Shown here: positions 51,331 to 63,851 of the stretch, one piece after another
How positions within the stretch are numbered: the first letter of the stretch is position 1
Layout of the letters: every line of letters starts with the position of its first letter
Assembly: GCF_018977255.1 (NCBI RefSeq)
Contig: NW_024704743.1
Span: forward strand, 81,160,001 to 81,224,000
Length of the DNA: 64,000 nucleotides
From: Callorhinchus milii
Lineage: Eukaryota
Reading direction: 5' to 3'
The notes under the pieces: model-generated
What the model saw: the letters and a program-made list of their open reading frames with translations, nothing else
Told to the model about the DNA's origin: nothing
Database searches by the model: none
Position numbers and translations under genes: made by a program

Positions 51331-52639
51331 GGTTTTGTGGACATGGGGAGAGAGAAAGAGGTGAGGTTTTGCAGTGTTTATTGGATCAAAACCAATTTCA
51401 GTTTGATTTGTATCGGTGGTGGGGGGGAGGGGTTTATCTGGGTGTTTCAGCTATAACTGAAAATCAAAAGTCCTAATTATGTTGACTGAGTTCATTGTCC
51501 TGACCTCAATCACCCTTCCTGGTAATTCATTCTGAGTTTTAATTTCCCTCTGAGTAAAGAAATACTTCCAAGTGTCTGTCCTTAAATTGCCCTTTGCAAA
51601 CTTGAACCCGTATCCTCTTATTCTGCTGCCTTAGCATTTCTGGAAGTAATTTTATCATCAGCGTGTTCATACCCATCCAATGGAACACCTCATAAAGGTA
51701 TGTATTTTGATTTGCTTAAACTTTAATCACAATTAAAAATCTCATGAAACTGGCAGAAAACGAGAGACTCATTCCCAGTTCTTTGTTAACGCACTGCACA
51801 GAAGCAGGAGTTATCTATTTATATTCTGGTGACTTAACTCTTCAAAGTACACCAACAAAGTACGGGTCACTATGTTTTACAGAAAATCCTGTGCTTTGAG
51901 ATGTCCTCCAAACATGAAAGGCACTATATCAAATATAAAGATTATTATTTATTAAAGAAAAATATTGGTTTCCCTCCATATAATGCAAGCTTTCTGGTCT
52001 TCGTATCGGTATTTTTCCTCAGCCAAGCTGAACCTAACCTTGTTGTCCCACCAGTCTATGCATTAATGACTCAGTTAGTGCATTACAACACAGGGCCACC
52101 ACCACATTGGTCTTTCAGCAGTGTTTTGTGATCAAACCACTCAAAGGCAAATTTGACCATGAATTGCCTGGTTTTCCAGTATAACTTGATAGGTTTACAC
52201 TAACAAATTATAACTTGAACATTGGTTAGATATGTTTCATTGTACATTTAATGTTACTGTCTGTCAGTCTGCTCCTTTCGAGGCATGTAAGGACTTGAAT
52301 GTTGCACTTGGAACTGGCTACACTTTTTTCTTTTTCATTGTGGCAAATTTCATGCGTGTTTTTAAAACGAAGAGATTTTTGTCAGATTAAGCTCAATGAT
52401 AAAAGACTGACAAACGTATCTTCTGAACATGGTGATCATTTACAAAATTACATTTGGATGGTTTAGTAGGTAAATCAATCTTGCGTGAACCAGACCCGAA
52501 AAGATCCAGGATCGATCACTGGTCCATCTTGATTTCAGTCAGGGAAGAAGTTGGGACTCTGTAATTTGCCTCATCCTTGGTGCCTTGAGCTGGGTGGGAG
52601 GGGGGGTGGGGGTGGAATAAGCTGGAGGTCTCGCTTATA

Positions 52640-54612
52640 CAACAACAACAACAACAACAACAAGATTCCATTTATAAAGCGCCTTTCACGTCAGGAGGAC
52701 GTCCCAAGGCGCTGCACAGTTGGGTCATGACCCGAGCAGGGGGGAAATGGTCAGGGTGAGGGGAGGGAAGGGAGGGAGCGAGGGGGGGGAAGAGAGTCGA
52801 GAGGGGAGCTGAAGGCTCGGTCAAAGAGAAAGGTTTTGAGACCGGCCTTGAAGGAGGAAAGGGAGGAGGCGGCGAAGGCACTGGGGGATAGAGTTCCAGA
52901 GCCTCGGGGCTGAGAGGCTGAAGGCCCGGCCACCGATGGTAGGGCGATTGGGGCGGGGGATGTGGAGCAGACCGGAGCCGGAGGAACGGAGGGTACGGGC
53001 AGGTAGGTAGGGGGATAGTAGGTTGGAGAGGTAGGAGGGAGCAAGGCCGTGAATGGCCTTGTAGGTGAGGATGAGGATCTTGAAATCAATCCTCTGGGGG
53101 ATGGGGAGCCAGTGGAGGCGAGCGAGGGTGGGAGTGATGTGGTCCCGAAGCCTGGTGCGGGACAGTACACGAGCTGCAGAGTTCTGAATGACCTGCAGCT
53201 TGTGGAGGGAGGTGGCGGGAAGGCCGGCGAGGAGAGAGTTCCCATAGTCCAGCCTTGAGGTGACAAAGGCGTGGACCAGGGTTTCAGCAGCGTGAGGGGT
53301 GAGGTAATGCCGTAGTCTGGCGATGTTCCGGAGGTGATGGAAGGCGGTGCCAGTTGTGGTGCGGATGTGAGGGAGAAAGGACAGCTCAGGGTCGAACAAA
53401 ACGCCGAGGTTCCTGACTGGCTTTGAGAGGTGGAGAGTGCAGCCTTGGATGCTGATGGTGTCAGCGCCTGAGGTGCGGAGGCGCTGACGTGAGCCAATCA
53501 GGAGGGCCTCGGTTTTTCGCACGTTGAGCTGAAGAAAGTTGTCTCTCGTCCAGGACTCGATGTCGGACAGGCAGCTGTCAGGACATCGGTGGTCGTGGAG
53601 TTGAGAGTAGAGGAGGAAAGGTAGAGTTGGGTGTCATCCGCATACATGTGGAAGTTAACTCCATGTCTGCGGATGATGTCACCAAGGGGGAGCATATAGA
53701 GGGTGAAGAGGAGGGGACCGAGGACAGAGCCCTGAGGGACACCACATGAGACAGTGCGGGGGGTGGAGGAGAAGCCATTTGTCGAGACAAAGTGAAGACG
53801 GTGAGAAAGGTACGACCTAAACCACTCAAGGACAGTGCCTTGAAGGTTGAGGTGGGAGGACAAGCGGTGGAGTAGGATAGCGTGGTCGACCGTATCGAAT
53901 GCTGCCGATAGGTCGAGGAGGACGAGGAGGCAGAGGGAGCCCTGGTCACAGATGGTCAGGATATCATTGGTGACCTTGACCAGGGCAGTTTCTGTGCTAT
54001 GGGCAGCACGGAAACCTGACTGAAGGGGTTCGAAAAGTGAATGGGTGGAAAGGAAAGAGCGCAGTTGGGAGGCGACAACTCTTTCCAGGACCTTGGAGAG
54101 AAAGGGGAGGTTGGAGATGGGCCGGTAGCTTGATAGCTGCGACGCATCAAGGGAGGGTTTTTTTAGGGTGGGCGTGATGGTGGCAGTTTTTAAGGGAATG
54201 GGGACAGAGCCAGAGGAGAGGGACAGGTTGAATGTCGGTGATATGTGGGGCAAGAAAGTGGAGCTGGGAGATAAGGAGTGGAGTGGGGATGGGGTCAAGG
54301 GAGCAGGTGGTTGGTTTCAGGGATAGGATGAGTTTGGTGACAGAGGGTGGGGAAACAGGTACAAAAGTGAGTAGGGGAAGATGGGTAGCAGTCGGAGTGT
54401 GGGAGTGAGGGGATGGGGGGGTTGGTGGATGTTGGAGGGGAAGTGACCGCGGAGCGAATTCCCCTGATCTTGGATTCAAGGAAATCCAGCATCTCCTCGC
54501 AGTGAAGGTTGGAGGAGATGACCTGCGCGGGGTGGCGGGGGGGACGGAGGAGTCGGGTTGTGGTGGAAAACAGTAGCCTGGGGTTGTTCTTCGCCTCCAG
54601 GATTATCCCTGG
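52640..54612 (-). mobile_element. Young 5'-truncated L2-clade LINE (intron 6), a few frameshifts
   Basis: Minus-strand ORFs 54295-54651, 53498-54298 and 52821-53522 reproduce the same RT protein; (CAA)n tail at 52640-52663. Confidence 0.95.
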
Positions 54613-54791
54613 ATTATGTGTATGTACTGTGTGAATGTCAGTCGAGACCAAAAAAGAGTTCAGCTGTGATGGCCAAGTAGCCTGCGGACTCGTGATTGTC
54701 TGCGCTCAGAAATAAATAGCCACTTCAGCATCAATAGATAATGCAATTTGCTTGTTTTGTGCTGGAGTGTCACTTGTTTCTTTAACTGCAG

Positions 54792-54862
54792 TATTGAAGA
54801 AGGCCTTGACTCCCGAAGAACTCCTAACTCCAGGGGCACCATATATGAAGAGGGCATTAACT
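54792..54862 (+). CDS. DEPTOR: DEPTOR exon 7 (VLKKALTPEELLTPGAPYMKRALT)
   Basis: ctgcag| acceptor, ACT|GTAAGT donor, 71 nt. Confidence 0.96.
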
Positions 54863-54940
54863 GTAAGTATTGTACAATGCTCATTCTGCTGCTATACATC
54901 TTCAAATCTTGAGATGCAATCCAATGAAGCCTTTCCATTT

Positions 54941-55292
54941 TGTGGAGTCCTGTAGCTTAGTGGTTAGAGCACCCACCTCGCAAGCGAGAGACCTGGGTTT
55001 GGTTCCCGGCAGGATGAAATGTTGCAAGTTTCCTTACTCCACACGCCTCTGTTTACCTAACAGTAAGTAGGAACCTGGTTGTTAGTTGATTGGTTGATCG
55101 CTTTTCCTGGGGTAATAATTCCTTCAAAACAAAATTGGTCACTTCAATCCACGACTGCTGTGCGCAATTGGCTGCCACGTTTCACCCCAAACTTATACAG
55201 TCAATTCACTTTACAGTATATTCTGTGAAGTGTTTTGAGATATTTCTAAGTCGTGATAAGGTACTATATCAAATGCAAGGATTATTATTATT
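54941..55292 (+). mobile_element. tRNA-headed DeuSINE, long form (intron 7)
   Basis: Same family as 43908-44272. Confidence 0.9.
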
Positions 55293-55546
55293 TCTTCTTA
55301 TAACTGAGCAGCAGCAAATATTTGAGGTTACAATACGTGCCAAGACACAGAATATACAATTGGGTCATTTTTCTCAATATTCTGAAGATTTTGGCTAGAC
55401 TTGTTAAAGATATTTTACATTCTGCTTCTGAACATTCTTCATTGCATATTTTGCAAAGTTGTTGATGAACAAGCTGCAACATTGGAAGAGATAAAAGCTA
55501 CAAACGTTCATTCATGCTTAATAATTGTCTCTGGGTTTCCTTTTAG

Positions 55547-55651
55547 ATTGTCGGAGATGCAGTTGGCTGGGGGTTTGTTGTCCGTGGAGGTAAGCCTTGC
55601 CACATCCAGGCAGTGGATCCCAGTGGTCCTGCCGCTGCTTCAGGAATGAAG
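55547..55651 (+). CDS. DEPTOR: DEPTOR exon 8, PDZ N-half (IVGDAVGWGFVVRGGKPCHIQAVDPSGPAAASGMK)
   Basis: ccttttag| acceptor, AAG|GTAATA donor, 105 nt. Confidence 0.97.
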
Positions 55652-56889
55652 GTAATATTCTCAGTTAGCTAGACAGTACAGCTGATAATTATACAAAGAA
55701 GTGTCTAAATGATGTGAAACAATTTTACAGGCATTTAGACAGATTTTTGTTTTAAACTGCAGAATTTTATACAAATCAGTAAGGTTTTTACACAAATCAG
55801 TAAGTATTGCCAATTGAATTCAATTGTAGAATAGATCTGTTTGAGAGGGAAAAGAGTAGATCTTAGGTCCTGTGTATTTAGAGGGAGCAATTTTATCAGG
55901 CCATTACTGCAGATGTGCTGATTAAGACAAGCAACCGACGTAGAAATGTTTGGCTTACTGTTGGCAGTGTACTTTCTATTTTGTTGTGGGTTCAGTTTGG
56001 CAAATAGTGCAATGTTGTTGAAATCACACCTTCAGTTTGACTGTAAAAGTCTGCCTCCAGTTACAAAGGGTACAGCAGCAGTAATATCCAGTTGTATACA
56101 AAGAAATGGTACTTGGCATCTCCATTCAGATCTTTGTCAAGAGAACTCTTTTTCCTTTGTCTCTTCCACCCAATGAAATGTTTAGCCCCTATAAATAATC
56201 AAGTTGAAACCTTTTCTATCATTGCATTTTGTTTTGCTTCACTTTTCCGGAGGGTATTAACTTCTTTTTAAAAAAAAAAGAGTCACTCAGTCCATGACTG
56301 TTTGTGGGATGCTGCTGTGCGCAATTGGCTGCGCGTTTCGCCCACAAAATATACAGTCAATTCACTATACAGTATATACTGTGAAGTGCTTTGAGACGTC
56401 TGAATGATATGATAAGGCACTATATCAAATGCAAGGATTATTATTATATTATCGATACAAGTGACTGGATTGAGCAAGGTACAAAGATTGTTCCCTTTTT
56501 ATTTATAGTAATAATCCTTTGCATAGTGCCTTATCATGTCTTTGATCCACCAATTGACTAACAATCAGGATCCTACTGCTAGGGTTTTCTCTAAGTGTTG
56601 TACATTTTTGTTGTATTCAGTTACCAGAATGTTAACAGCACATAAATTCCCTTCAGTTTAATATCAAAGAACTTACTTGTAACTGGCTATCTTGTGGTTC
56701 ATTAGCTGGAAATTCTTTTGCAAAGTGAATTCTGACCTCTATCACGTTTTTCCAGGATTTAATGATTGGTTAATGACCCTTCTGTATATTCACTAGAGAG
56801 CCCACTCTGTGCACTAATTGGGCTATCCTTAGTTTTGTATATATAAACAACAGTGTGGATAATGTGGCATCATAAAAATACAATGCAAT

Positions 56890-57320
56890 GTACAATAACA
56901 AGATTACATTTATAGAGCTCCTTTCACGTCGGGAGGACGTCCCAAGGTGCTGGACAGTCAGGGGTCGGGACCCGAGCATGGAGGAGGGGTGGGGTAGGGG
57001 TGAGAGAAGGCAGAGAGGTGGGAGGGTGACTGAAGGCAAGATTGGAGGAGGGTCTTGAGACCAGCCTTGAAGGAAGCAAGGGAGGAAGCGAGACGAAGGG
57101 ACTGAAGGGACCATTTCTCTGTATACAACTAGACATTACTGCTGCTGTACCTTTTGTAACTGGAGGCAAACTTTTACAGTTAAGTTGAAGGTGGGATGGA
57201 GTTCCAGAGTGTGATTGAAAGTGGGATGGAGTTCCAGAGTGTGGGGGCAGAGAGGCTGAAAGCCCGGACACCGATGGTAGGGTGGGTCGGGCGAGAGACA
57301 TGGAGCAGGCCGGAGCATGT
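56890..57320 (-). mobile_element. L2 3' fragment carrying an 84 bp inverted insert
   Basis: Matches the L2 3' consensus of the other copies on both sides of the insert. Confidence 0.85.
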
Positions 57321-58562
57321 ACAGTACTAACCAAAGCTCCATCAAGTCACCATAGCCCCACACCGTGCCAGTTCAGCTCTTTGTGGATTGTTTGTGTGTT
57401 TCTGTGTGTGTCTATAATCTTTTTCTGTGTTTGTCTCTCTCCCCCTCTTCTCTTTCTGTCCGTCTCTTTCGTGTACCTGTGTGTGTCTCTGTTTTTCTAC
57501 ATATTTTTTTTTCTCTCTTTCGCTATCTCTATTTATCCATCCATCAGTCTGTCTGTGTTTTCTCTCTTGGTGTCCACCAGTTATTTTGTTATATCTATGG
57601 GGTAGAATAAAAACCCACAATCCACAATTTTTATTTTTTTAAAAAAATCTTTTAGTTACCGTTTGGCCTGTAAGGTCCTATGGTGCCCGAGACTCCTTGA
57701 ATTGTGTAGTGTCAGTTCTGCTCTGTATTGACTGACAGAAAGAAGTTCAAAGATGGAAATCTGCTTTTCTCTTGTTTGGTCCTTTCAGTTAGAGCTGCTC
57801 ATTTTAGCCATTGAACAACCCTTGAACCTTGGAAATTAGAATAAAGCAATTAAAATGGAGTCTCATATACGATTCCAATTGTATCTAACAGACGGATTAT
57901 CTGATTTTAAACTTTGGACTACAAGAATCTCCAATATTTTATTAATTTATTTTCTTCCTTCCCTATCTCCACTTTCCCTCTGTATCGGGATGGCTGCTCT
58001 CAGGAATTCACTTGAACTAAACTTGCCACTCTTGATAGCCTGCATATGTTCGGAAAAGACAGTAATATATTCTCTGGTAAATCCATCAAAAGTGTAAAAT
58101 ATGTCAACAGTGACAATATGAAAACAGACTTTCAAAAAGAAAAATGTCAAATTGTTATTCGCTAAAAATTAATGGATTGAAATAAATATTTTTCTTGTAT
58201 ACTAAAACGGCATGCATGCTGCTCTTTCCTGGTTTATGTTATAGAATACTTGAGGTCTAGTTCAAATGGATGCTTTCTGTAGTATTCAGTGTGTTTTTAA
58301 TCCTGTCTTCCGGAGCAACAGAACCCAGCCAATAGGATCCTTTTTACTCCTACAGATGAACAGGCTGCCATATGAGGGGCTGACTCAGCCTAGTCCCAAA
58401 TTCCAACAGTGTGTGTGGCTTGTGCAGTCTACGGCAAAGACCAGGAAATCCTAAAAAACAGAGTTGCTTGCAAGGTTAACAAGAGCCAAGTGGGAAGAAT
58501 TGCAGTCCCTAGTGACTGGTGTGCTTCACCACGTTTTGCTGATGAATCAGCAAATCAATGAA

Positions 58563-60498
58563 TCCAACCTTCACTGCGAGGAGATGCTGGATTTCCTTGA
58601 ATCCAAGATCAAGGGAATTCGCTCCGCGGTCACTTCCCCTCCAACATCCACCAACCCCCCACCCCCTCACTCCCACACTCCGACTGCTACCCATCCTCCC
58701 CTACTCACTTTTGTACCCGTTTCCCCACCCTCTGTCACGAAACTCATCCTATCCCTAAAACCAACCACCTGCTCCCTTGACCCCATCCCCACTCCACTCC
58801 TTATCTCCCAGCTCCACTTTCTTGCCCCACATATCACCGACATCATCAACCTGTCCCTCTCCTCTGGCTCTGTCCCCATTCCCTTAAAAACTGCCACCAT
58901 CACGCCCACCCTGAAAAAACCCTCCCTTGATGCGTCGCAGCTATCAAGCTACCGGCCCATCTCCAACCTCCCCTTTCTCTCCAAGGTCCTGGAAAGAGTT
59001 GTCGCCTCCCAACTGCGCTCTTTCCTTTCCACCCATTCTCTTTTCGAACCCCTTCAGTCAGGTTTCCGTGCTGCCCATAGCACAGAAACTGCCCTGGTCA
59101 AGGTCACCAATGATATCCTGACCATCTGTGACCAGGGCTCCCTCTGCCTCCTCGTCCTCCTCGACCTATCGGCAGCATTCGATACGGTCGACCACGCTAT
59201 CCTACTCCACCGCTTGTCCTCCCACCTCAACCTTCAAGGCACTGTCCTTGAATGGTTTAGGTCGTACCTTTCTCACCGTCTTCACTTTGTCTCGACGAAT
59301 GGCTTCTCCTCCACCCCCCGTACTGTCTCATGTGGTGTCCCTCAGGGCTCTGTCCTCGGTCCCCTCCTCTTCACCCTCTATATGCTCCCCCTTGGTGACA
59401 TCATCCGCAGACATGGAGTTAACTTCCACATGTATGCGGATGACACCCAACTCTACCTTTCCTCCTCTACTCTCAACTCCACGACCACCGATGTCCTGAC
59501 AGCCTGCCTGTCCGACATCGAGTCCTGGACGAGAGACAACTTTCTTCAGCTCAACGTGCGAAAAACCGAGGCCCTCCTGATTGGCTCGCGTCAGCGCCTC
59601 CGCACCTCAGGCGCCGACACCATCAGCATCCAAGGCTGCACTCTCCACCTCTCAAAGCCAGTCAGGAACCTCGGCGTTTTGTTCGACCCTGAGCTGTCCT
59701 TTCTCCCTCACATCCGCACCACAACTGGCACCGCCTTCCATCACCTCCGGAACATCGCCAGACTACGGCACTACCTCACCCCTCACGCTGCTGAAACCCT
59801 GGTTCACGCCTTTGTCACCTCAAGGCTGGACTATGGGAACTCTCTCCTCGCCGGCCTTCCCGCCACCTCCCTCCACAAGCTGCAGGTCATTCAGAACTCT
59901 GCAGCTCGTGTACTGTCCCGCACCAGGCTTCGGGACCACATCACTCCCACCCTCGCTCGCCTCCACTGGCTCCCCATCCCCCAGAGGATTGATTTCAAGA
60001 TCCTCATCCTCACCTACAAGGCCATTCACGGCCTTGCTCCCTCCTACCTCTCCAACCTACTATCCCCCTACCTACCTGCCCGTACCCTCCGTTCCTCTGG
60101 CTCCGGTCTGCTCCACGTCCCCCGCCCCAATCGCCCTACCATCGGTGGTCGGGCCTTCAGCCTCTCAGCCCCGAGGCTCTGGAACTCTATCCCCCAGTGC
60201 CTTCGCCTTGCTTTCCTCCTTCAAGGTCGGTCTCAAAACCTTTCTCTTTGACCGAGCCTTCAGCTCCCCTCTCGACTCTCTTCCCCCTTCTTGCTCCCTC
60301 CCATCCCTCCCCTCACCCTGACCATTTCCCCCGTCCTCGCTCCCTCCCCTCACCCTGACCATTTCCCCCCTCCTCGCTCCCTCCCTCCCCTCACCCTGAC
60401 CATTTCCCCCCTGCTCGGGTCATGACCCAACTGTGCAGCGCCTTGGGACGTCCTCCTGACGTGAAAGGCGCTTTATAAATGGAATCTTGTTGTTGTTG
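58563..60498 (+). mobile_element. Young 5'-truncated L2-clade LINE with open RT domain (intron 8)
   Basis: ORF contains [42 protein letters not shown] and YADD. 3' end GGGACGTCCTCCTGACGTGAAAGGCGCTTTATAAATGG + (TTG)n. No endonuclease domain. Confidence 0.95.
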
Positions 60499-62077
60499 AA
60501 TCAGGCTGGCTATTCTATCAATAACAGTGCATTTGAGTACCATGGACCTGCCTGCCTCAGGAACCAGATTGCCACAAAAAATTGACACTATTCCATTATT
60601 CAACTGTTAGGCAGGTCACTTAGAGCCAATTCAACCCCAAGGAATCCATGCTTACCATTTTCCTAACCGCCTCACCCCACCACTATCCCAATCCCATAGG
60701 CCAGCACCCTTCCTCCCTGTAGCAACTCCAATTTCTAACTACAAATCCACATCGCAGGTTTGTCCTGGACCTTGCGTATGAAAGGCAACAGCACAGATGA
60801 GATCCTTTTCATTATTTAATTACTTTATTTTAAATTATTTTCATTATTTAACAGTTATTTATTTAATAGTTTTATGGATTTTTTCAGTTCTTTTTGTACT
60901 ATGTTCTATCCTTGCTGTGCACAATTGGCTGTTAACTTGTTAACTTTACAGTATATTCTGTGAAGCGCTTTGAGACGTCTAGAAGACGTGAAAAGCACTA
61001 TATCAAATGCAAGGATAATAATAATAATTGTCTTATCAGAAAAGTTGCTTTGAATAAACAACAAAATTACATTTGTGTAGCGCCTTTCATGTCGGGAGGA
61101 CGTCAAACCGCAACACAACTTAAAAGTACTGGAGATAACAGATGCTATTCTGGTGTATGCACTGAGTTTTGTTATTGTAGCTAATTTACAAGTGTTTTCT
61201 TCTATTGTGTTGGCGTGAGCTACTGCAGCTTTGTTAGGCTTGAAAATACCAATTATTTTAACATTTAGTGGAACTTGGAATGGCTCCAAAGTATTCAGAC
61301 AAGTGGAACCTTTAGCCCGCTAACATTTATTACATACTTTGAGCAAATGTCAGCACACTGCAGTTGGCCGTTGGGAAGTGTTACATTTCTCTAACTGCAC
61401 AAGAAGTGCTTTTTAAAACAAATTGTGATCAATATTGTTCTGCCTCAATAGTCCATAAGTCTTCAACAAAACTGTCATTGCATTTTACAGTATATCCTGT
61501 GAAGTACTTTAGGATGACCTCCTGACGTGAAAGGTGCTGTGCCAAATGTAAGGATTATTATTGAAAATATAGTTAATCATCACAAATATTGTGGCCACTT
61601 TTAAATGGTGCAAAATAATAATAATCCTTTTATTTGATAAAGCCCCTTATCACATCATTGAGAAGTCTCAAAAGCCCTTCACAGAATATATTGTAAAGTG
61701 GATTGGCTGTGTATTATTGTGGGCGAAACACAGCAACCAATTGCACACACCAGTGTCCCACAAACAGTGACCATATTATCATCTTTTTTTGAGGATCCAC
61801 AGGTGCAGTTTTGGAGGAACACTTGCTTGTGGCAGTAAATTGAGGTCCCATCTGATTTTGTTTAGATAGATATTAAAAATCCCTTTGCAATATTTGAAGA
61901 AAGAGCTTCTTCTGGGGTGCTGACCAGATGTCCTCCAGAATACTTAGTCATTCATCTTATGGGGGATTTTGGAAAATGGTCACTAGACATGGCAGCAATT
62001 AGCTGTAAAGCACATTGAGAAGTTTTGCCGTGATGAGGTGCTGTAAAAATGCAATTTTTTTTCTCTTTCAATCCTAG

Positions 62078-62206
62078 GTTCGTCAGTTTATCGTCTCTGT
62101 GAATGGCCTGAATGTTCTTCACGTGGATTATAGAACTGTCAGCAATCTCATTCTGACTGGTCCACGTACCATAGTGATGGAGGTTATGGAGGAAATGAAC
62201 TTCTGA
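62078..62206 (+). CDS. DEPTOR: DEPTOR exon 9, PDZ C-half and stop (VRQFIVSVNGLNVLHVDYRTVSNLILTGPRTIVMEVMEEMNF*)
   Basis: Polypyrimidine tract plus cctag| acceptor; TGA at 62204-62206. Spliced total is 1194 nt. Confidence 0.97.
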   Translation, partial: VRQFIVSVNGLNVLHVDYRTVSNLILTGPRTIVMEVMEEMNF

Positions 62207-62339
62207 GCCGGATTGGTCATCTGGAAACATGAAAAGATCTGAGCAGAGGCATCAGAGGAGCAGGGTGAAAATGTGCACAAGCTTACAGACACCACAATAA
62301 GGGAATCTCAGACAGAGTTCTTAGCTTCAGGAATGGAGC

Positions 62340-63178
62340 TCCACCCAGTTTCACACTAATCTTTGGTTTGGCTATAAATATCTGAATGTCTCTCTTTAAT
62401 ATTTTCAACACTGCATCAAGAATTTATCTTTATCTGGGCTGCCAGGCAATAGGCCTTGTGTTTTAGTAACGCATAAGGGATTTCCATTATTTAAAACCAC
62501 TCCACTGTCCCTCCAGAACATTTTTACCTTTTCTCCTTTCTTCCCCAATCCTGCCCTAATCTCCCCATAAAGGAATACAAAGTATAAGTTGGACAAGTTC
62601 AACTTTAGATACAAATGTTTCCTGATCTTATACTTGGTGGATTTGTGATTGCACTTTACCAACCAAAAAATGAAATTATTCTATTCCTTCAAAAAAACTC
62701 AGTCATTTTGTATAAAATGTGCCTGTAAGGAGACTGACCTTTAAGAAGGGGGAATGTCAGAAGAAGCAAAACTGATTTATTGAGAGGAGTACATAGAAAA
62801 GGATTATGTTCCCCAAAATTACAGGGGATTTCTAGTACAAAACAAATAGTACATGTTGCAAACATGAAAAATCCTGGGCACTGTTTTTTGCAGAAGGCAA
62901 ACTGAATCAGCACTGCACTGAAAGATAACCCAGGGAACAGATCTGCAGTTCCTCCTACATCTGCAGCTTTGCTGCATCGCTCATCATAATAAATGTGATC
63001 GCCCTTTCAACATCTTGAGAAATAATTAGGGTGAGGCTGTCCACCCAGTTTCACACTAACCTTTGATTTGGTTATAAATATCTCTTTTTAATATTTTCAA
63101 CACTGAATCAAGGATCTGCTTTATCTGGGCTACCAGGCAATAGGCCTTGTGTTTTAGTAACGCATAAGGGATTTCCAT
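62340..63178 (+). repeat. Direct repeat pair 62340-62487 / 63040-63178
   Basis: TCCACCCAGTTTCACACTAA...CCAGGCAATAGGCCTTGTGTTTTAGTAACGCATAAGGGATTTCCAT occurs twice, 700 bp apart. Confidence 0.95.
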
Positions 63179-63677
63179 AAGCGTTCTACAAGCGTTTTTT
63201 GTCAAACATTTCAGGTACCTTTCTCCAGAAATTATCTGAACCAGAAGATGAATAATAGAAAATGTTAACACACATTGTTGAATGTAGATCATGAAAATCC
63301 TCTGAGATGTTAGAGGGCAACATCTGTCTGTTTCATTCCACTCAGATTGAAGGGATTTGAGTGAATCCAAAGAAAATGGATTGTCTATCTTAAATAAATG
63401 GAGGAGGAAGAAAATCCTGCCTTGGCTTTTCCCTCTGAGGTTTTTCATTCACAGAACATTGAGACTGGAAGGGAGTGGGTTGTATAGGGTTTGCATGGGA
63501 AAGTACAGTGACTATAAACCCTAGGTGACCTGAAATCGGAGCTGTGGCTTCTTGTAGCCCACATTTTCTAGTGAGTCTATTGTCAAACGAACTCACCTGC
63601 ATGGAGGTGAGGTATCACTCCTCTATTGGATCTATGCAGAATTTGAAGACTTATTTCTAGAGTAGAATTGTTGTTTA

Positions 63678-63851
63678 AAGTAAACTTCTGATAATTCAAC
63701 CCTGGCTTAACTTATCACTACCACTTAAGTCATGCTGTCAATATCCTGGCCGCAGTTGTTTATGTATTTTACATATGCGTAACTCGCCATTCTGGATAAC
63801 TCGTCACTGAGTCCTTTCTCCTTGGAATGATGAGTTATCGGGAGTTTACTG
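63678..63851. mobile_element. Tc1/mariner-pogo(Tigger)-like MITE with TA flanks
   Basis: Left TA|AAGTAAACTTCTGATAATTCA versus right TGAGTTATCGGGAGTTTACTG|TA; a partial second copy lies at ~25860-25975. Confidence 0.7.

Noticed and set aside
58464..60251. 595 aa ORF as a domesticated or host RT gene
   Set aside because: Truncated L2 copy nearly identical to two others, no ATG start, N-terminus is chance flanking sequence, LINE tail intact.
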